The notes under the pieces are model-generated. The model had not been told where the DNA came from. It saw nothing but the letters and a program-made list of their open reading frames with translations, and did not search any database. From positions 65,356-129,355 of the forward strand of contig CBDFGQ010000004.1 in NCBI GenBank assembly GCA_965247295.1: a DNA stretch of 64,000 nt, given 5' to 3'. This stretch comes from Dehalococcoidia bacterium. Its GTDB lineage: Bacteria > Chloroflexota > Dehalococcoidia > Lucifugimonadales > JAGWBF01. Positions 18,843 through 29,024 of the stretch are shown here, piece after piece. Both the position numbers and the translations under genes were made by a program. Positions within the stretch are counted from its first letter, which is position 1; the number at the start of each line of letters is the position of its first letter.

Positions 18843-19985
18843 TTACTTGAATCCGTAGAGGGCCACGGTATTCTCACAGGTAATCTTGCGACGCACCCTC
18901 TCGTCCAAGTGGCCCATATCCTGGTCAATCGCTTCCAAGGAACGAGGCCACACTCCATCAGGATGGGGGTAATCAGAGCCCCACAACATGTTGTCCTCCC
19001 CGATCATCTCCACCATGCGAGGACCGGAGGTCTCCGTCTGGAAGGTGGTGTGGCCCTGGCGTCGCCAATAGTCGCTGGGTTTCATGGTCAGACCGAGGTA
19101 TCGGTGCAAGCGGTCTGCGAACGCCATGTCCATGCGCTCCAGAATATAAGGAATCCACCCCGCGCCCGATTCACCCAACACAAACTTTAGGCCGGTCTAC
19201 TCCTCCAGGGCGCCGGAGAAGATGATGGATGGCAAAAATTCGGCGGCGGAGATCTGAAGGAGGGTGTTCCGGATTCCCCTGTGCACGTTGTCTTCCCGCT
19301 CGTCATCCGTTGGCGGTCTGCTGGGAAACCCCCGAGGACCTGTTACATGGAAAGAGACGGGCATACCGGTGTCCTGCAACGCAGCCCACAGTGGGTACCA
19401 GGTCCTGACCCAAAGATTTTTACTGGCGGTAAAAACGTCGAAGTCCGCGCCCCGGAGACCCAGTTTAGCAGCTCGATAGACCTCGCCGGCGGCAACTTCG
19501 GCATCGTGATTAGGTATGCAGGCCAGCCCCGCCCAGCGTCCAGGATGGGTCTTGCAGAACTCGGCGATCCAGTCGTTGTAGATTTGGTACACCACAGAAA
19601 CCAGCTCACGGTTTTCCAATCGAAGCCCGGTCGCCAGAATACCGTAGATCACCTCGGCGTCTATACCGTCTAGCTCCATATCTTTTAGGCGAAGTTCAGG
19701 GGTGGTCGGATGGGGGTTCCCGCTGGCGCCATCAGCGTAAAACCCAGTGTCCAGCATCCGATCCGTCTGTATTGACTCGCCCCGCTTGGGAGGGATGAAG
19801 CCGTGTCCCAGGCCACCTACGACTCCTAATATTTTCTCCTCCGCCACCCAGCGGGGCCCCTCAGGAGTCTCCACAACCCTGGGCACGAGCTCCTTCCATT
19901 TGGCAGCTGACTGGGATGCAAAGAGACCACCAGGCAACCACGTCATGTCCACATGGGAGTCCGCAGAGACGACGTTATATTCCAT
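18843..19985 (-). pseudogene. Amidohydrolase-2 (ACMSD-like) family gene interrupted by one in-frame TAG
   Basis: ORFs 19197-19985 and 18843-19181 are in the same frame. Read-through gives ...IIFSGALEE*TGLKFVLGESGAGWIPY..., a contiguous family motif. N-terminus VVSADSHVD. Confidence 0.75.
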
Positions 19986-20085
19986 GCCGATTCACTCCTC
20001 CTGTTTTTCCTTGGTTGTCCTCAGCCCTTTTCCGGTGGGCCAGCACATGGTCATCACCCAGTCCACCGGTGAGCACCCGATCCCG

Positions 20086-20406
20086 TTACCCGACCGTCTT
20101 CTCCCCCTTGTACGGCGGGCTCTGGTTGGGAGTCAGCGCCAGGGTTCGTACCTCGCCGAACTCCTTCCTCAGCTTCTCCCACGAATCACCGCCATCGTCG
20201 CTGGTATACATATAGCCGTAGAGGCTGGCGGCGACTATGACGTTTGGCATCGATGGGTGCATGGCAAACCAATATTTAAGAGAATTGGGCTCCACCTGAA
20301 GGGACGCTGCCGCCGCTATGGGACCATAATAAACCATGTGCCGGGGAACTTCTACATCCGGGAAAGCGGTCCGGATTTTGCGGGGTCTCATTGGCAGGTC
20401 CCCCAT
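20086..20406 (-). pseudogene. C-terminal fragment of a BNR/Asp-box propeller protein
   Basis: Ends ...YTSDDGGDSWEKLRKEFGEVRTLALTP, a single Asp-box, similar to the C-terminus of 3816-4811. Far too short for a propeller. Confidence 0.4.
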
Positions 20407-20513
20407 GCGGGGAGCCAAATGATTGCGCTTGACGACATCCGGGAGCGCCTCTACACTCCTGCTTAGCTCCTTGTATCGCGGAGAAGGGGCTACCGAGTTC
20501 GGTCCCCCACGGT

Positions 20514-20792
20514 TTGGACATCCAGCACCGGATGAAGGTGCTGGTACCGGGACCTTATGGCTCCGTGTTCTGGAACTCCCACCGCAAAGGGACATGGGCG
20601 CTGCATATCCATCAAGGCAACTGGATCTGCTACCTTACCAAGGGGAGAATGAAGGAGAAGTTCGGCGGGACTCAAGAGAACATCTGCCATCCAGGTGATA
20701 TCTTGGCGGCCCAGGCGGGCGCCGAACGCTGTACCGAAGCCCTGGAGGACAACGAGACCTTCGAGTTCAAGTGGCCCGCACCCATGCTGTGA
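20514..20792 (+). CDS. Cupin-domain protein
   Basis: 92 aa: WALHIHQGNWICYLTKGRM...HPGDILAAQAGAERCTEALEDNETFEF is cupin-like. Confidence 0.5.
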   Translation: MDIQHRMKVLVPGPYGSVFWNSHRKGTWALHIHQGNWICYLTKGRMKEKFGGTQENICHPGDILAAQAGAERCTEALEDNETFEFKWPAPML

Positions 20793-20920
20793 AATGGCAT
20801 TAGCCACTCCTGGGAACCGCACCGGTAGCGCTCTCCGATTAGGGTTTAGCAGCAACCGGGTTCACAGGGCCGTAGATGCGTAACAATGGTTGCGGTCGTA
20901 AGGGGAAGAGAGGAGCTAAC

Positions 20921-22324
20921 ATGGATAGAGCGGACATACCGTTCCTTAGCGCCAGTGAGCTTTCGAGGCTGATACAACAGAAGGAGGTGTCTCCCGTCGA
21001 CGCCACCGAGGCCTACCTGGAGCGTATCGACGACCTGGACTTCAAGTTCAACTCGTACTTAACGGTATGCCGTCGAGATGCGCTTAACGCTGCGAAAGAG
21101 GCGGAGCAAGAGATAGCTAAGGGTCACTACCTGGGTCCTATGCACGGTATCCCCGTGGCGGTGAAGGACCAATTGTGGACCAAGGGCATCCGGACCACCG
21201 GCGGCTCCTATATTCTGGCAGATTTTGTACCCCACGAGGATGCTACGGCGATAGACAACCTGAAAAAGGTTGGAGCCATCCTGCTGGGAAAGACCAATCT
21301 CACCGAGTTCGCCATAGGCGGCTCTTTACATCTCAGCCCCACGCGCAATCCCTGGGACCTAGATATGTTCACGGGAGGTTCCAGCGGTGGCTCTGGGGCG
21401 GCAACAGCCGCCTTCCTCTGTGCCACTTCCTTAGGGGAAGATACCGGCGGCTCTATTCGCAGGCCCGCGGCATGGTGTGGTGTGGTAGGTCTGAGGCCCA
21501 GCTGGGGTAGAGTGAGCCGCTATGGCGTCATGCCAGGGTCATGGTCCATGGACCAAGTTGGTCCCATATCGCGGACTGTGGAGGACGCCGCCATCACCCT
21601 GGGAGCCATCGCCGGTCACGACCCCAAAGACCCCTACACCTGGAATGTTCCAGTACCCGACTACAGGAAAGCCCTGGATGGGAATATCAAGGGCATTCGA
21701 GTCGGAACAGTCACGGAACTGATTCACAGCGAGATCGTGGATCCCGAGATTAGGGATACCATTCTCAGATCTGCTTCGGTTCTCGGTGAGCTGGGAGCGT
21801 CGGTGGAGGAGGTGTCCCTTCCTCTCACCAAACACGGCGGGACGATTACAGACATACTGATACGCGTCGAGTCGGCCATGGCCTATCGAGAATGGATTAG
21901 GGACCGACTCCACGACTTTGGCCACTCGAACCAGATCGGCCTTCTCACGGGCAGCGTGATGCCGGCGCAGGCCTATTACAAGGCCCAGAAACTGCGAACT
22001 CTAGTACGGCAACAAGTTAACGAGGCGCTAGAAAAGTACGACGTTCTTGTGCTTCCCACGGCACGAACACCTGCGCCTAGAGTACAGGATGACCAGGTTA
22101 TGATCAGCAAGGAGATGGCGTCGAATCTGAGCCTCGTCCTTACCCGCCCCTTTAATCTGGCCAGCGCTCCCGCCATCTCCATCCCCTGCGGGTTTAGTTC
22201 CAAGGGCCTCCCCATCGGACTACAGATAGGTGGGCGACCCTTCGATGAGGAAACGGTCCTCAATGTCGCCCATGCTTACGAGCAAAGCACCCCCTGGCAC
22301 ACGATGAAGCCACCCAACGCATAG
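20921..22324 (+). CDS. Amidase-signature family amidase (GatA-like)
   Basis: GGSSGGSGAATAAFLCATSLGEDTGGSIRRPAAWCG signature. ATG at 20921 with GAGGAG upstream. Confidence 0.85.
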   Translation: MDRADIPFLSASELSRLIQQKEVSPVDATEAYLERIDDLDFKFNSYLTVCRRDALNAAKEAEQEIAKGHYLGPMHGIPVAVKDQLWTKGIRTTGGSYILADFVPHEDATAIDNLKKVGAILLGKTNLTEFAIGGSLHLSPTRNPWDLDMFTGGSSGGSGAATAAFLCATSLGEDTGGSIRRPAAWCGVVGLRPSWGRVSRYGVMPGSWSMDQVGPISRTVEDAAITLGAIAGHDPKDPYTWNVPVPDYRKALDGNIKGIRVGTVTELIHSEIVDPEIRDTILRSASVLGELGASVEEVSLPLTKHGGTITDILIRVESAMAYREWIRDRLHDFGHSNQIGLLTGSVMPAQAYYKAQKLRTLVRQQVNEALEKYDVLVLPTARTPAPRVQDDQVMISKEMASNLSLVLTRPFNLASAPAISIPCGFSSKGLPIGLQIGGRPFDEETVLNVAHAYEQSTPWHTMKPPNA

Positions 22325-22637
22325 GGGAGTCGATCCTCACCCCACACCGCCGCGGTTGTAAGAAGGTCGGACGGCCCCACAGTTTACGAATATATACAGG
22401 ACACCCGTGTTCCTGTAGTCATGTTGTCATGGAGGCGCGCACTGAAGTTTCTCCGTGGTTGTGTAGCTATATAGGCCCACTCGTCGACCATGTGGCGAAG
22501 CAATCCGACTCTGGGGTTCCAGGTCGGAAAGGGGGTCATAGGTGATGAACCCCCATCCCATGCGTCAGGCCCAAGACAGTAAGTGGTGGGCCTGACGCCG
22601 TTCTCGCAGGTCCTTCTCTTGGGGTGCTTGGGCTAGC

Positions 22638-23843
22638 TCAATCCTCACAGAAAAACCGCTTGCGCACCGACTCGTCCAGCGGCCCAATAGGGCCGTTGAA
22701 GATGGTTAGGGGATTTCGGCTGGGGTCCTGACTCCACATAGGTAGAATCTTCTCCCGGCGGGTATCGGCTTCAGGCCCGGTTTGACATAGGACTTCGGCC
22801 ATCCAATTTTCGAAGTTATGTATTATTCCGAAATCCCGATCGTGCTGGGCCGCGTAGGCATTCCCGGCTTCCTCCCAGTTTTCGTTGGCCACGAGATTTC
22901 CAGATAGGAGCTTGGCGTCATGAATGGCCAAGCCTAAGCCCTGTCCCCAGCTTGGGTCGGTTGCTCCGGCGGCGTCACCAATCAGGGCAAGACCGTTTCG
23001 GTAGGGGTGTTCCACCCAGTTGGTTGCTCCGCTAAAAGTGGCCAAGGGTCCAGAAACCGCAGCTGGTCCGAATATTTCATCCGGAACACCCGCCACTCGG
23101 GCTCCCGCCAAGAATTGGGAGAATCCGGAGTCGCCGCTCATGCGGTATTCGGTTGAGGCCGGGTAAGATACGTAGGCCCTTCCTCTTCTTCCTCTTTGAC
23201 AAAAAACGAAGGACTTATGCCCCGTTGATGGGGTCATTCAATGGTGGACGGCGTCATTTTGCAGGGGCAAGTCGTCTAATAGAACCCCAGCCACCATGTT
23301 TAGGTCGGGATCAGCCTGGACGGAGAAACCACCCGACATCCTGCCCATCGAGCTGCGGCCATCTGCGCTGACCACCAAGCGCGCTTGCAACTCTGTGCTC
23401 TGGCCGTCTTGGTTGGCCTTTACTGTTGGTGCGCCGCCTAGGTTTATCTCGCGCACACGGGCACCCCGCCTAACCTCCGCGCCAGCATCTGACGCAGCGT
23501 TGACTAGGGCTTCCTGCAGGTCCGGGTGATAGATTGATAGCATCGGCGTCTTCGGAGTCGTGGTGGCTTCAAGGTCTTGGCGGTCCATATGCTCAGGTCC
23601 GTGGTACCAGTACCAATACCGTAGAAGGTTTGCACCGGCAGTCATCAGAGTATCGTAGACGCCCAAATCCATGGCCTCTTTCGTACTCCAAGGTGCAATC
23701 GCTTCTCCCCGCACCCGGTCTCTGAAGGATGTTTGCGATTCCAGGACCAGGACTTTAGCTCCGTGTTCCGCCATGACTCTGGCCAGGATCGAACCGGCAA
23801 TCCCTCCCCCAACGGTGATGATATCGTAGGTTTGTGCTGCCAT
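22638..23843 (-). pseudogene. FAD-dependent monooxygenase interrupted by one in-frame TGA
   Basis: N-terminal YDIITVGGGIAGSILA dinucleotide fold and C-terminal LALIGDAAGATDPSWGQGL motif lie in two abutting same-frame ORFs (...AVHH*MTPSTGHKSFVF...). Confidence 0.75.
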
Positions 23844-23944
23844 TAACCCTGCTCCTCAAGCGCCGTTCGAAGATTTAATGAGTGGTTCGACTCGATTATT
23901 GGCGACGGAAGCTTGGGTGTCAAGCTTGCGCTGGCTATCGAATT

Positions 23945-24292
23945 CTAACGGCCGCATCTTTCCACTTCAGTCAGATGGCCCCAGTTAAAATCCCCTGCGT
24001 CAACGGCGATGGCCGCCACGTTATGGGCCCGGGCCTTTTTGATGGCCATGCGCATCGCCCTCTCGGTGACCACAAATCCAAATCCCCAGTTCCCGTTGAT
24101 CACGGCCGTGGTGGGGGACTCCTGAACCACCTCGAAGGGCGCCCCCGGCACTATGTGGCCCCGGCGAATGCGGTCGACATACTCGGGTATGTGGATAACG
24201 CCGTGGGAGTCGTGGCCCGCCAGGTTGGCCTTCACCTGGTGCTTGGCATCCACCCCGGTTCCACCTCCTTGAGTGTGCCGACTGCTTCTCAT
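23945..24292 (-). pseudogene. Truncated Ldh_2-family (malate/L-lactate/sulfolactate dehydrogenase type 2) gene
   Basis: LAGHDSHGVIHIPEYVDRIRRGHIVPGAPFEVVQESPTTAVINGNWGFGFVVTERAMRMAIKKARAHNVAAIAV matches only the N-terminal third of the roughly 340-aa family. Confidence 0.55.
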
Positions 24293-25188
24293 GGGAGGTA
24301 CATGCGGTTGACCTTGGCCACATAGCTAAAGGTTGGGTTCACGAACTGGGTACACCGCGCCTCCAGCACCTGGCCCAAAAAAAGATACGCCTCCCCCATC
24401 GAGAAACCGTAGTCCTCCTGGAGCCAGAGGACCATCTCAGCCAGCGCAGTCCTGAAGGCGTCCTCGGCGGGCCTGGCGTTGGCTGTGGTCATTATGTGAG
24501 TTTCGTTGGTGATCCGAGGCCAGGACATGCAGGCCGGCTTGTCTGCCAGATCGCACGATATCTTCACTCGACCACCAGCCTCGATGCCGCCCGCGCCGCA
24601 GATCTCCCCGTCGCCCTGGCGCGCGTGCATATCCCCGATGTGGAGCAACGCCCCCGGGACGGTGATCGGCAGATAGACCGACGCCCCCGTGGTGACCTCC
24701 TGGATATCGAAGTTGCCGCCCCACTGGCCAGCCCAACCGTTGCTCCAGCGGGTGTATTCAGGAGCCACGCCGACGAAGCCGAGCATGGGAGCGACGGGAA
24801 TCCTGAGTACGTCACTCCAATGGATGTACCCATCGCTGATCTCTACAACCTTTTGGTGTGCGCCAACCCCGCTGGGTCCCAGCCAGCCAGGCATCGCGCT
24901 GTTGGCACCGGTGTACCTGGTATACCCTACAGGGTCCAGGTCTATTTCGCCGACGTGTACGATCAGCATCTGACCAGGCTGGGCGCCCTCCACGTAAATA
25001 CACCCACTGGAGGGATTGCCGCCCCGCAGCTTCCGTTCCAGCGCTTCCCGGTCAGGATGATTCTCCAGCCACGGTCCGCGGTTGATCTGAGTCTCTACCT
25101 CAAACTCCTCGCCAGGCTCTACGCGTAGGGTTGGCTCGTTGCTCGGGCCCGTCTCGAAATAGAGGACATCTTTGGTGGCGCGTTTCAT
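24289..25188 (-). CDS. Acetamidase/formamidase family protein
   Basis: 299 aa: TLRVEPGEEFEVETQ...GGNPSSGCIYVEGAQPGQMLIVHVGEIDL...GDMHARQGDGEICG is FmdA/AmdA-like. Confidence 0.8.
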   Translation of the reverse strand: MKRATKDVLYFETGPSNEPTLRVEPGEEFEVETQINRGPWLENHPDREALERKLRGGNPSSGCIYVEGAQPGQMLIVHVGEIDLDPVGYTRYTGANSAMPGWLGPSGVGAHQKVVEISDGYIHWSDVLRIPVAPMLGFVGVAPEYTRWSNGWAGQWGGNFDIQEVTTGASVYLPITVPGALLHIGDMHARQGDGEICGAGGIEAGGRVKISCDLADKPACMSWPRITNETHIMTTANARPAEDAFRTALAEMVLWLQEDYGFSMGEAYLFLGQVLEARCTQFVNPTFSYVAKVNRMYLP

Positions 25189-25230
25189 TTGTCATGCTCC
25201 TTGTGGTGCTCAAGTCACCTGCTAACCAGG

Positions 25231-26193
25231 TTACTCCGTGAAATCGTTCGCCTTGCGCCAGGCAAGGTATTCCCGAATACCGGAGCGAAGGTCGAACTGG
25301 GGGACGAATCCCAAATCGCTTTGAAGTCGCGCTGAAGACAAATGGGAACCACCGCGAATAGGGACAGTGGAGGGCACATCCGCCACGCGAAGGCCAGGAT
25401 GCACCTCCTCCAGGACCTGGATAATGTAGCCCATCGATCTCCGTTCTTCCACCGTAACGTTGTAAACATCGTAGGACAGCGACGGCGCCTGCAGGACCGT
25501 GGCGATGCCATTCGCCATATCGGCCACGTAGGTGAACGCCCCCTCGGCTGTCCGATCAGCGACCTCAACGGGCTCGCCTCTGACGATATTCCCCGTCCAT
25601 CTCTTGAGGACAGACTGGTTCGCCCGGTGGTCTGTGACCCGCTCCATCGGCCCAAAAGGTGAGCCCAGCCGTGTACTCACCGTAGAAAAACCGTGCAGCT
25701 CCCCGTACCTTCGCGTCAGCAGCTCACTGGTGTACTTGGTGAGTGCATAGAGTGTTCGCGGTCGAGGAGCGGTATCTTCGACGAGAGCCATCTCAGGGTC
25801 GTGGTCTTCTCCGTAGATAGACCCGGAACTTACGTATAGGAACCGCTCGATCGGTAGCTGGCGTGCTAGCTCAAGTAGGTTCGTTGTGCCCATCACGTTG
25901 ATGTCCACGATGGACCTACTCCGGCCCGCTTCCACTTCTGGAAGAACTCCGGTGAATACGGCGGCATGGACGATCCTTGTGATGCCGTGGCCCAGTAGTT
26001 GGCTCAGGTCCTCTTGTCGGAGGATGTCTCCCTGAACGAAAGTGATTCTGTCCGCCCACGGCTTGATGTACTCGTGGAGCAGTTGGTGGGGGGCGACTAA
26101 GTCAAAACAGATGACTTGTTGACCTCGTTCCGCCAGTGTTCGCACGACGTTGCTTGCTACGAAACCGGTTCCACCCGTCACTAAGGTAGCCAT
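25231..26193 (-). CDS. NAD-dependent epimerase/dehydratase (SDR)
   Basis: MATLVTGGTGFVASNVVRTL... The ATG at 26193 is preceded by GAAGGAGG. Confidence 0.85.
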   Translation of the reverse strand: MATLVTGGTGFVASNVVRTLAERGQQVICFDLVAPHQLLHEYIKPWADRITFVQGDILRQEDLSQLLGHGITRIVHAAVFTGVLPEVEAGRSRSIVDINVMGTTNLLELARQLPIERFLYVSSGSIYGEDHDPEMALVEDTAPRPRTLYALTKYTSELLTRRYGELHGFSTVSTRLGSPFGPMERVTDHRANQSVLKRWTGNIVRGEPVEVADRTAEGAFTYVADMANGIATVLQAPSLSYDVYNVTVEERRSMGYIIQVLEEVHPGLRVADVPSTVPIRGGSHLSSARLQSDLGFVPQFDLRSGIREYLAWRKANDFTE

Positions 26194-26719
26194 ACATGGT
26201 CCTCCTTCTTTACGATCTTGTGCGCGGATTGGCCAAAAAGGCCAGGAAGGGACTGACGCCAATCACCTGCGTGGTGGTGATGGACTCAGATGAGACCTTG
26301 GTTGGGTCCAACCGAACCTGCGCGATTGGGCCAAAATCTCGACGCGGGCTGATGGGATGATGCTATTTCGTGGCGAACCATCCCGTTGGGTGCACGCACG
26401 CTCCCTCAGCTCCTCGGTGGCCTTCAGATCGAGCTGAAGGGTATCCGGACCAACGACGCCGCCGCTGAGGAACGAAGCCCGCCTCTTCCGGGAAACCTGG
26501 GCAATTATAACACCGTTACTGGTAAGCCACCCCGTGACTTCGGGAATGGGGGCGCGGGCTTGATGATCAGACGGTGGAGAACGCTGGGCAGTCAAGGCAT
26601 AATAGTCTGCTCACCCGCATCTCGATTGCAAATTTCGTTACAATTGGTGAAGACCAGGAGATCAAGACCCACCAGCGGATCTGGAATGCCAAATATCATC
26701 CGAAGGGAGGCCGTTCAAT

Positions 26720-27646
26720 ATGAGCGACAGCAGCGGGAGACAGCCCTTTAGACTCATGGAGACCTTTCGGTCCCTGTTCTACACACCCCTCTACGTGGCC
26801 GTCGCCGGTGGCTTTCTGAATGAGGAGGGCCTTGCCGTGGAGTTCTCCACATGCCCTCCGGGACACCACGGATTGAGCGCACTGAACAGCGGAATCGCCG
26901 ACATCGCCCAGGCGGGGCCAATGAGAAGCATAATTGCCGCCGACTGGGGGGCCGAGGTCGTGCCCCTGCACATCATTGAGATCAACAGCCGCGACGGCTT
27001 CTTCCTCGTTGGTCGGAAGCCCCAGGACCAGTTTCAGTGGATCGACCTGAAGGGCGCCACCCTGATCCCCGTGGGTTTCTCGCCCATGCCAGTGGCTTCC
27101 CTCAAATACGCCCTGAGAAGAAAAGAGGTCGAGCTGTCGGAAATGCGGCTAATTGAAGGGCATTCCCTCCAGGAAGCTACCAATGCCTTCCGACGAGGGG
27201 AGGGCGACTTTATTCACCTGCCTCAGCCGGCAACGGAACAGCTGGTCCAGGAAGGCGCAGGACATCTGTGCGTCGCCCTGGGCCCGATAAACGGCCACAT
27301 ATCCTACAGCTCCTTCGCCGTCACTCAACGATTGCTCCACGCTAACCCAGAGGTCATACACCGGTTCACCCGGGGATTTTATAGCGCCCAAAAATGGCTG
27401 GCGGAGAGCGACTCCAAGCCTATTGCTAAAACCGTAGCCGCCTTCTTCCCCGAAATAGAGTCAATCGTGTTAATCAAGTCGATCGGCCGGTACAAAGAGC
27501 AAGACACGTGGGCCAAGGACCCTCTGTTAAGGGTAGATGGCTTCGACGCGCTGCAGGAGATATTGGTAGAAGCGGGCCTGGTCAAGTCCCGGCAGCCCTA
27601 CGAGCGGATTGTGTGCACCGAGTTCGCCCAGGCTGTTCTGGGATAG
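26720..27646 (+). CDS. NMT1/THI5-like (SsuA/ThiY-type) substrate-binding protein
   Basis: FRSLFYTPLYVAVAGGFLNEEGLAVEF and overall periplasmic-binding-protein layout. No obvious signal peptide. Confidence 0.7.
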   Translation: MSDSSGRQPFRLMETFRSLFYTPLYVAVAGGFLNEEGLAVEFSTCPPGHHGLSALNSGIADIAQAGPMRSIIAADWGAEVVPLHIIEINSRDGFFLVGRKPQDQFQWIDLKGATLIPVGFSPMPVASLKYALRRKEVELSEMRLIEGHSLQEATNAFRRGEGDFIHLPQPATEQLVQEGAGHLCVALGPINGHISYSSFAVTQRLLHANPEVIHRFTRGFYSAQKWLAESDSKPIAKTVAAFFPEIESIVLIKSIGRYKEQDTWAKDPLLRVDGFDALQEILVEAGLVKSRQPYERIVCTEFAQAVLG

Positions 27647-27698
27647 AAACGCCGGGAGTGGACCTATGGCAGGAAAGGGCCCTGGCAGGTGGCGAGAC

Positions 27699-28931
27699 CT
27701 ACCGCGTCGGTTTGATATGACTCCCGACCTGAGCGCTGGTCTGAGCCCTCTGGCCCCCTTGGGAGCGGTCCCGGGCTACTCGCGCTCCGAGCATCAGGGC
27801 GACGGCCGCCAGCACCAGTGCGATCCCCAGCAATCGGAATGTAGAGGTGAAATCTAGCCAGGTTATCAATAAGCCGCCCATCACAGGTCCAGCCACCTTG
27901 CCCGTGTTCTTCAGGGTGCCGATCAGGCCCATACCAGCGCCGAGATTGCCCTGACTGACGCGATTGGATACCAGGGCCAGGGTAGAGGGGAAGGCCATTG
28001 CCTGTGCGACCCCCATCAGAACTGCCGGGGCCATCAGGAGGGCGGCGCTCTTCGCAAATGTCAGGAGAAGCAACGCCAGGCCGAGGACGCACATCCCCAC
28101 CGCAAGCGCGTTGATATAACCAACGCGGTCTCCCAGGCGGCCTCCCAGCGGGTTCAGGCACAGATGCACCAGCTCCTGCACGGCGAAGAAGGCGCCGGCG
28201 ACGGCCACGTTGACGCCGATGGAGAGGGCGTAGATGGGTACGAACGCCTTAGCCGCGTATAGGGCTACGTACATCGAGGCGTCCAGACCTCCGGACAGCC
28301 AGACGGCCGAGGTCCTGGCCCCCTCTTTGAATGCACCCACGATCTGTGCTGGCAGCGTGCGCCGGCGAGTCGGGTCCGCTGGCCTGGACTCCGAGAGTAG
28401 CAGCACCGGTAAGAAGGCGGCGCTGCTCATCAGCCCGACGATGGTGAACACCAAGACCGGTGACATCGAGAGCAGCATCCACCCGGCCGCGGCCGGGCCG
28501 ACCACGTAGCCACCATTCCTGGCCAGGCTGAACCACCCCAGACGCTCGGCCCGCCTCTCACTGGACAGCTCCGCTACGTAGGCCAGGGTAACCGGCCCGT
28601 AGATGGCCGTCGCCATCCCGTGAGCTATACGCACGGCAAACAGCTGCTCGGGGGTGCTGACGAACCGGTACACGAAGGGCATACCGGCGAAGAAGACCGT
28701 GCCTACCAGCAGCCAGGCGCGGCGGCCCCATCGGTCCGAAAGCACGCCGATGAAGGGTTTGAGGGCTAGACCCGTCAGCGCCGAGACCGAGACGATGAAG
28801 CCAAGGAACGCGTCGGAGGCGCCGAGCATGGCCGCGTAGATGGGAAGCAGAGGCGTCTTGCCCATCTGGTAGGCCGAGCGCACAATGAAGTCAGCCCCCG
28901 TTATCAGGCAGAAGTTACTCTGCCGGCTCAA
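27699..28931 (-). CDS. MFS transporter
   Basis: 410 aa, about 12 hydrophobic segments, GVLSDRWGRR motif between TM2 and TM3. Confidence 0.85.
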   Translation of the reverse strand: MSRQSNFCLITGADFIVRSAYQMGKTPLLPIYAAMLGASDAFLGFIVSVSALTGLALKPFIGVLSDRWGRRAWLLVGTVFFAGMPFVYRFVSTPEQLFAVRIAHGMATAIYGPVTLAYVAELSSERRAERLGWFSLARNGGYVVGPAAAGWMLLSMSPVLVFTIVGLMSSAAFLPVLLLSESRPADPTRRRTLPAQIVGAFKEGARTSAVWLSGGLDASMYVALYAAKAFVPIYALSIGVNVAVAGAFFAVQELVHLCLNPLGGRLGDRVGYINALAVGMCVLGLALLLLTFAKSAALLMAPAVLMGVAQAMAFPSTLALVSNRVSQGNLGAGMGLIGTLKNTGKVAGPVMGGLLITWLDFTSTFRLLGIALVLAAVALMLGARVARDRSQGGQRAQTSAQVGSHIKPTR

Positions 28932-29024
28932 GGGGCGGCACGCCGCATGGATGAATGTCGGCGATTCACTCGATTCTGGTCCTACTGACTTTCGCCGCCG
29001 TCGGGCACATCTTTAACTGCGACC

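Noticed and set aside
19197-23240. In-frame TAG and TGA as pyrrolysine or selenocysteine codons, or an alternative genetic code
   Set aside because: Both codons terminate many neighbouring well-supported genes. The enzyme families are not known Sec or Pyl proteins. I saw no SECIS-like hairpin directly after the TGA. Nonsense mutation or sequencing error is more parsimonious.
26263-26595. 110-aa minus-strand ORF containing FLSGG...LDLKATEEL, faintly reminiscent of an ABC ATPase signature region
   Set aside because: The similarity is limited to a few residues. There is no Walker A or B, no RBS, and the composition is poor. At most it is an unrecognisable remnant.
26596-26719. Possible TPP (THI-box) riboswitch upstream of the NMT1/THI5-like binding-protein gene; the segment GGATCTGGAATGCCA resembles the GAUCUGGAUAAUGCCAGC core
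   Set aside because: The other conserved elements (GGGG...CUGAGA, the closing GCGUAGGGA) are absent or poorly matched, and I could not draw the P1-P5 helices. A covariance-model scan is needed before it can be called.
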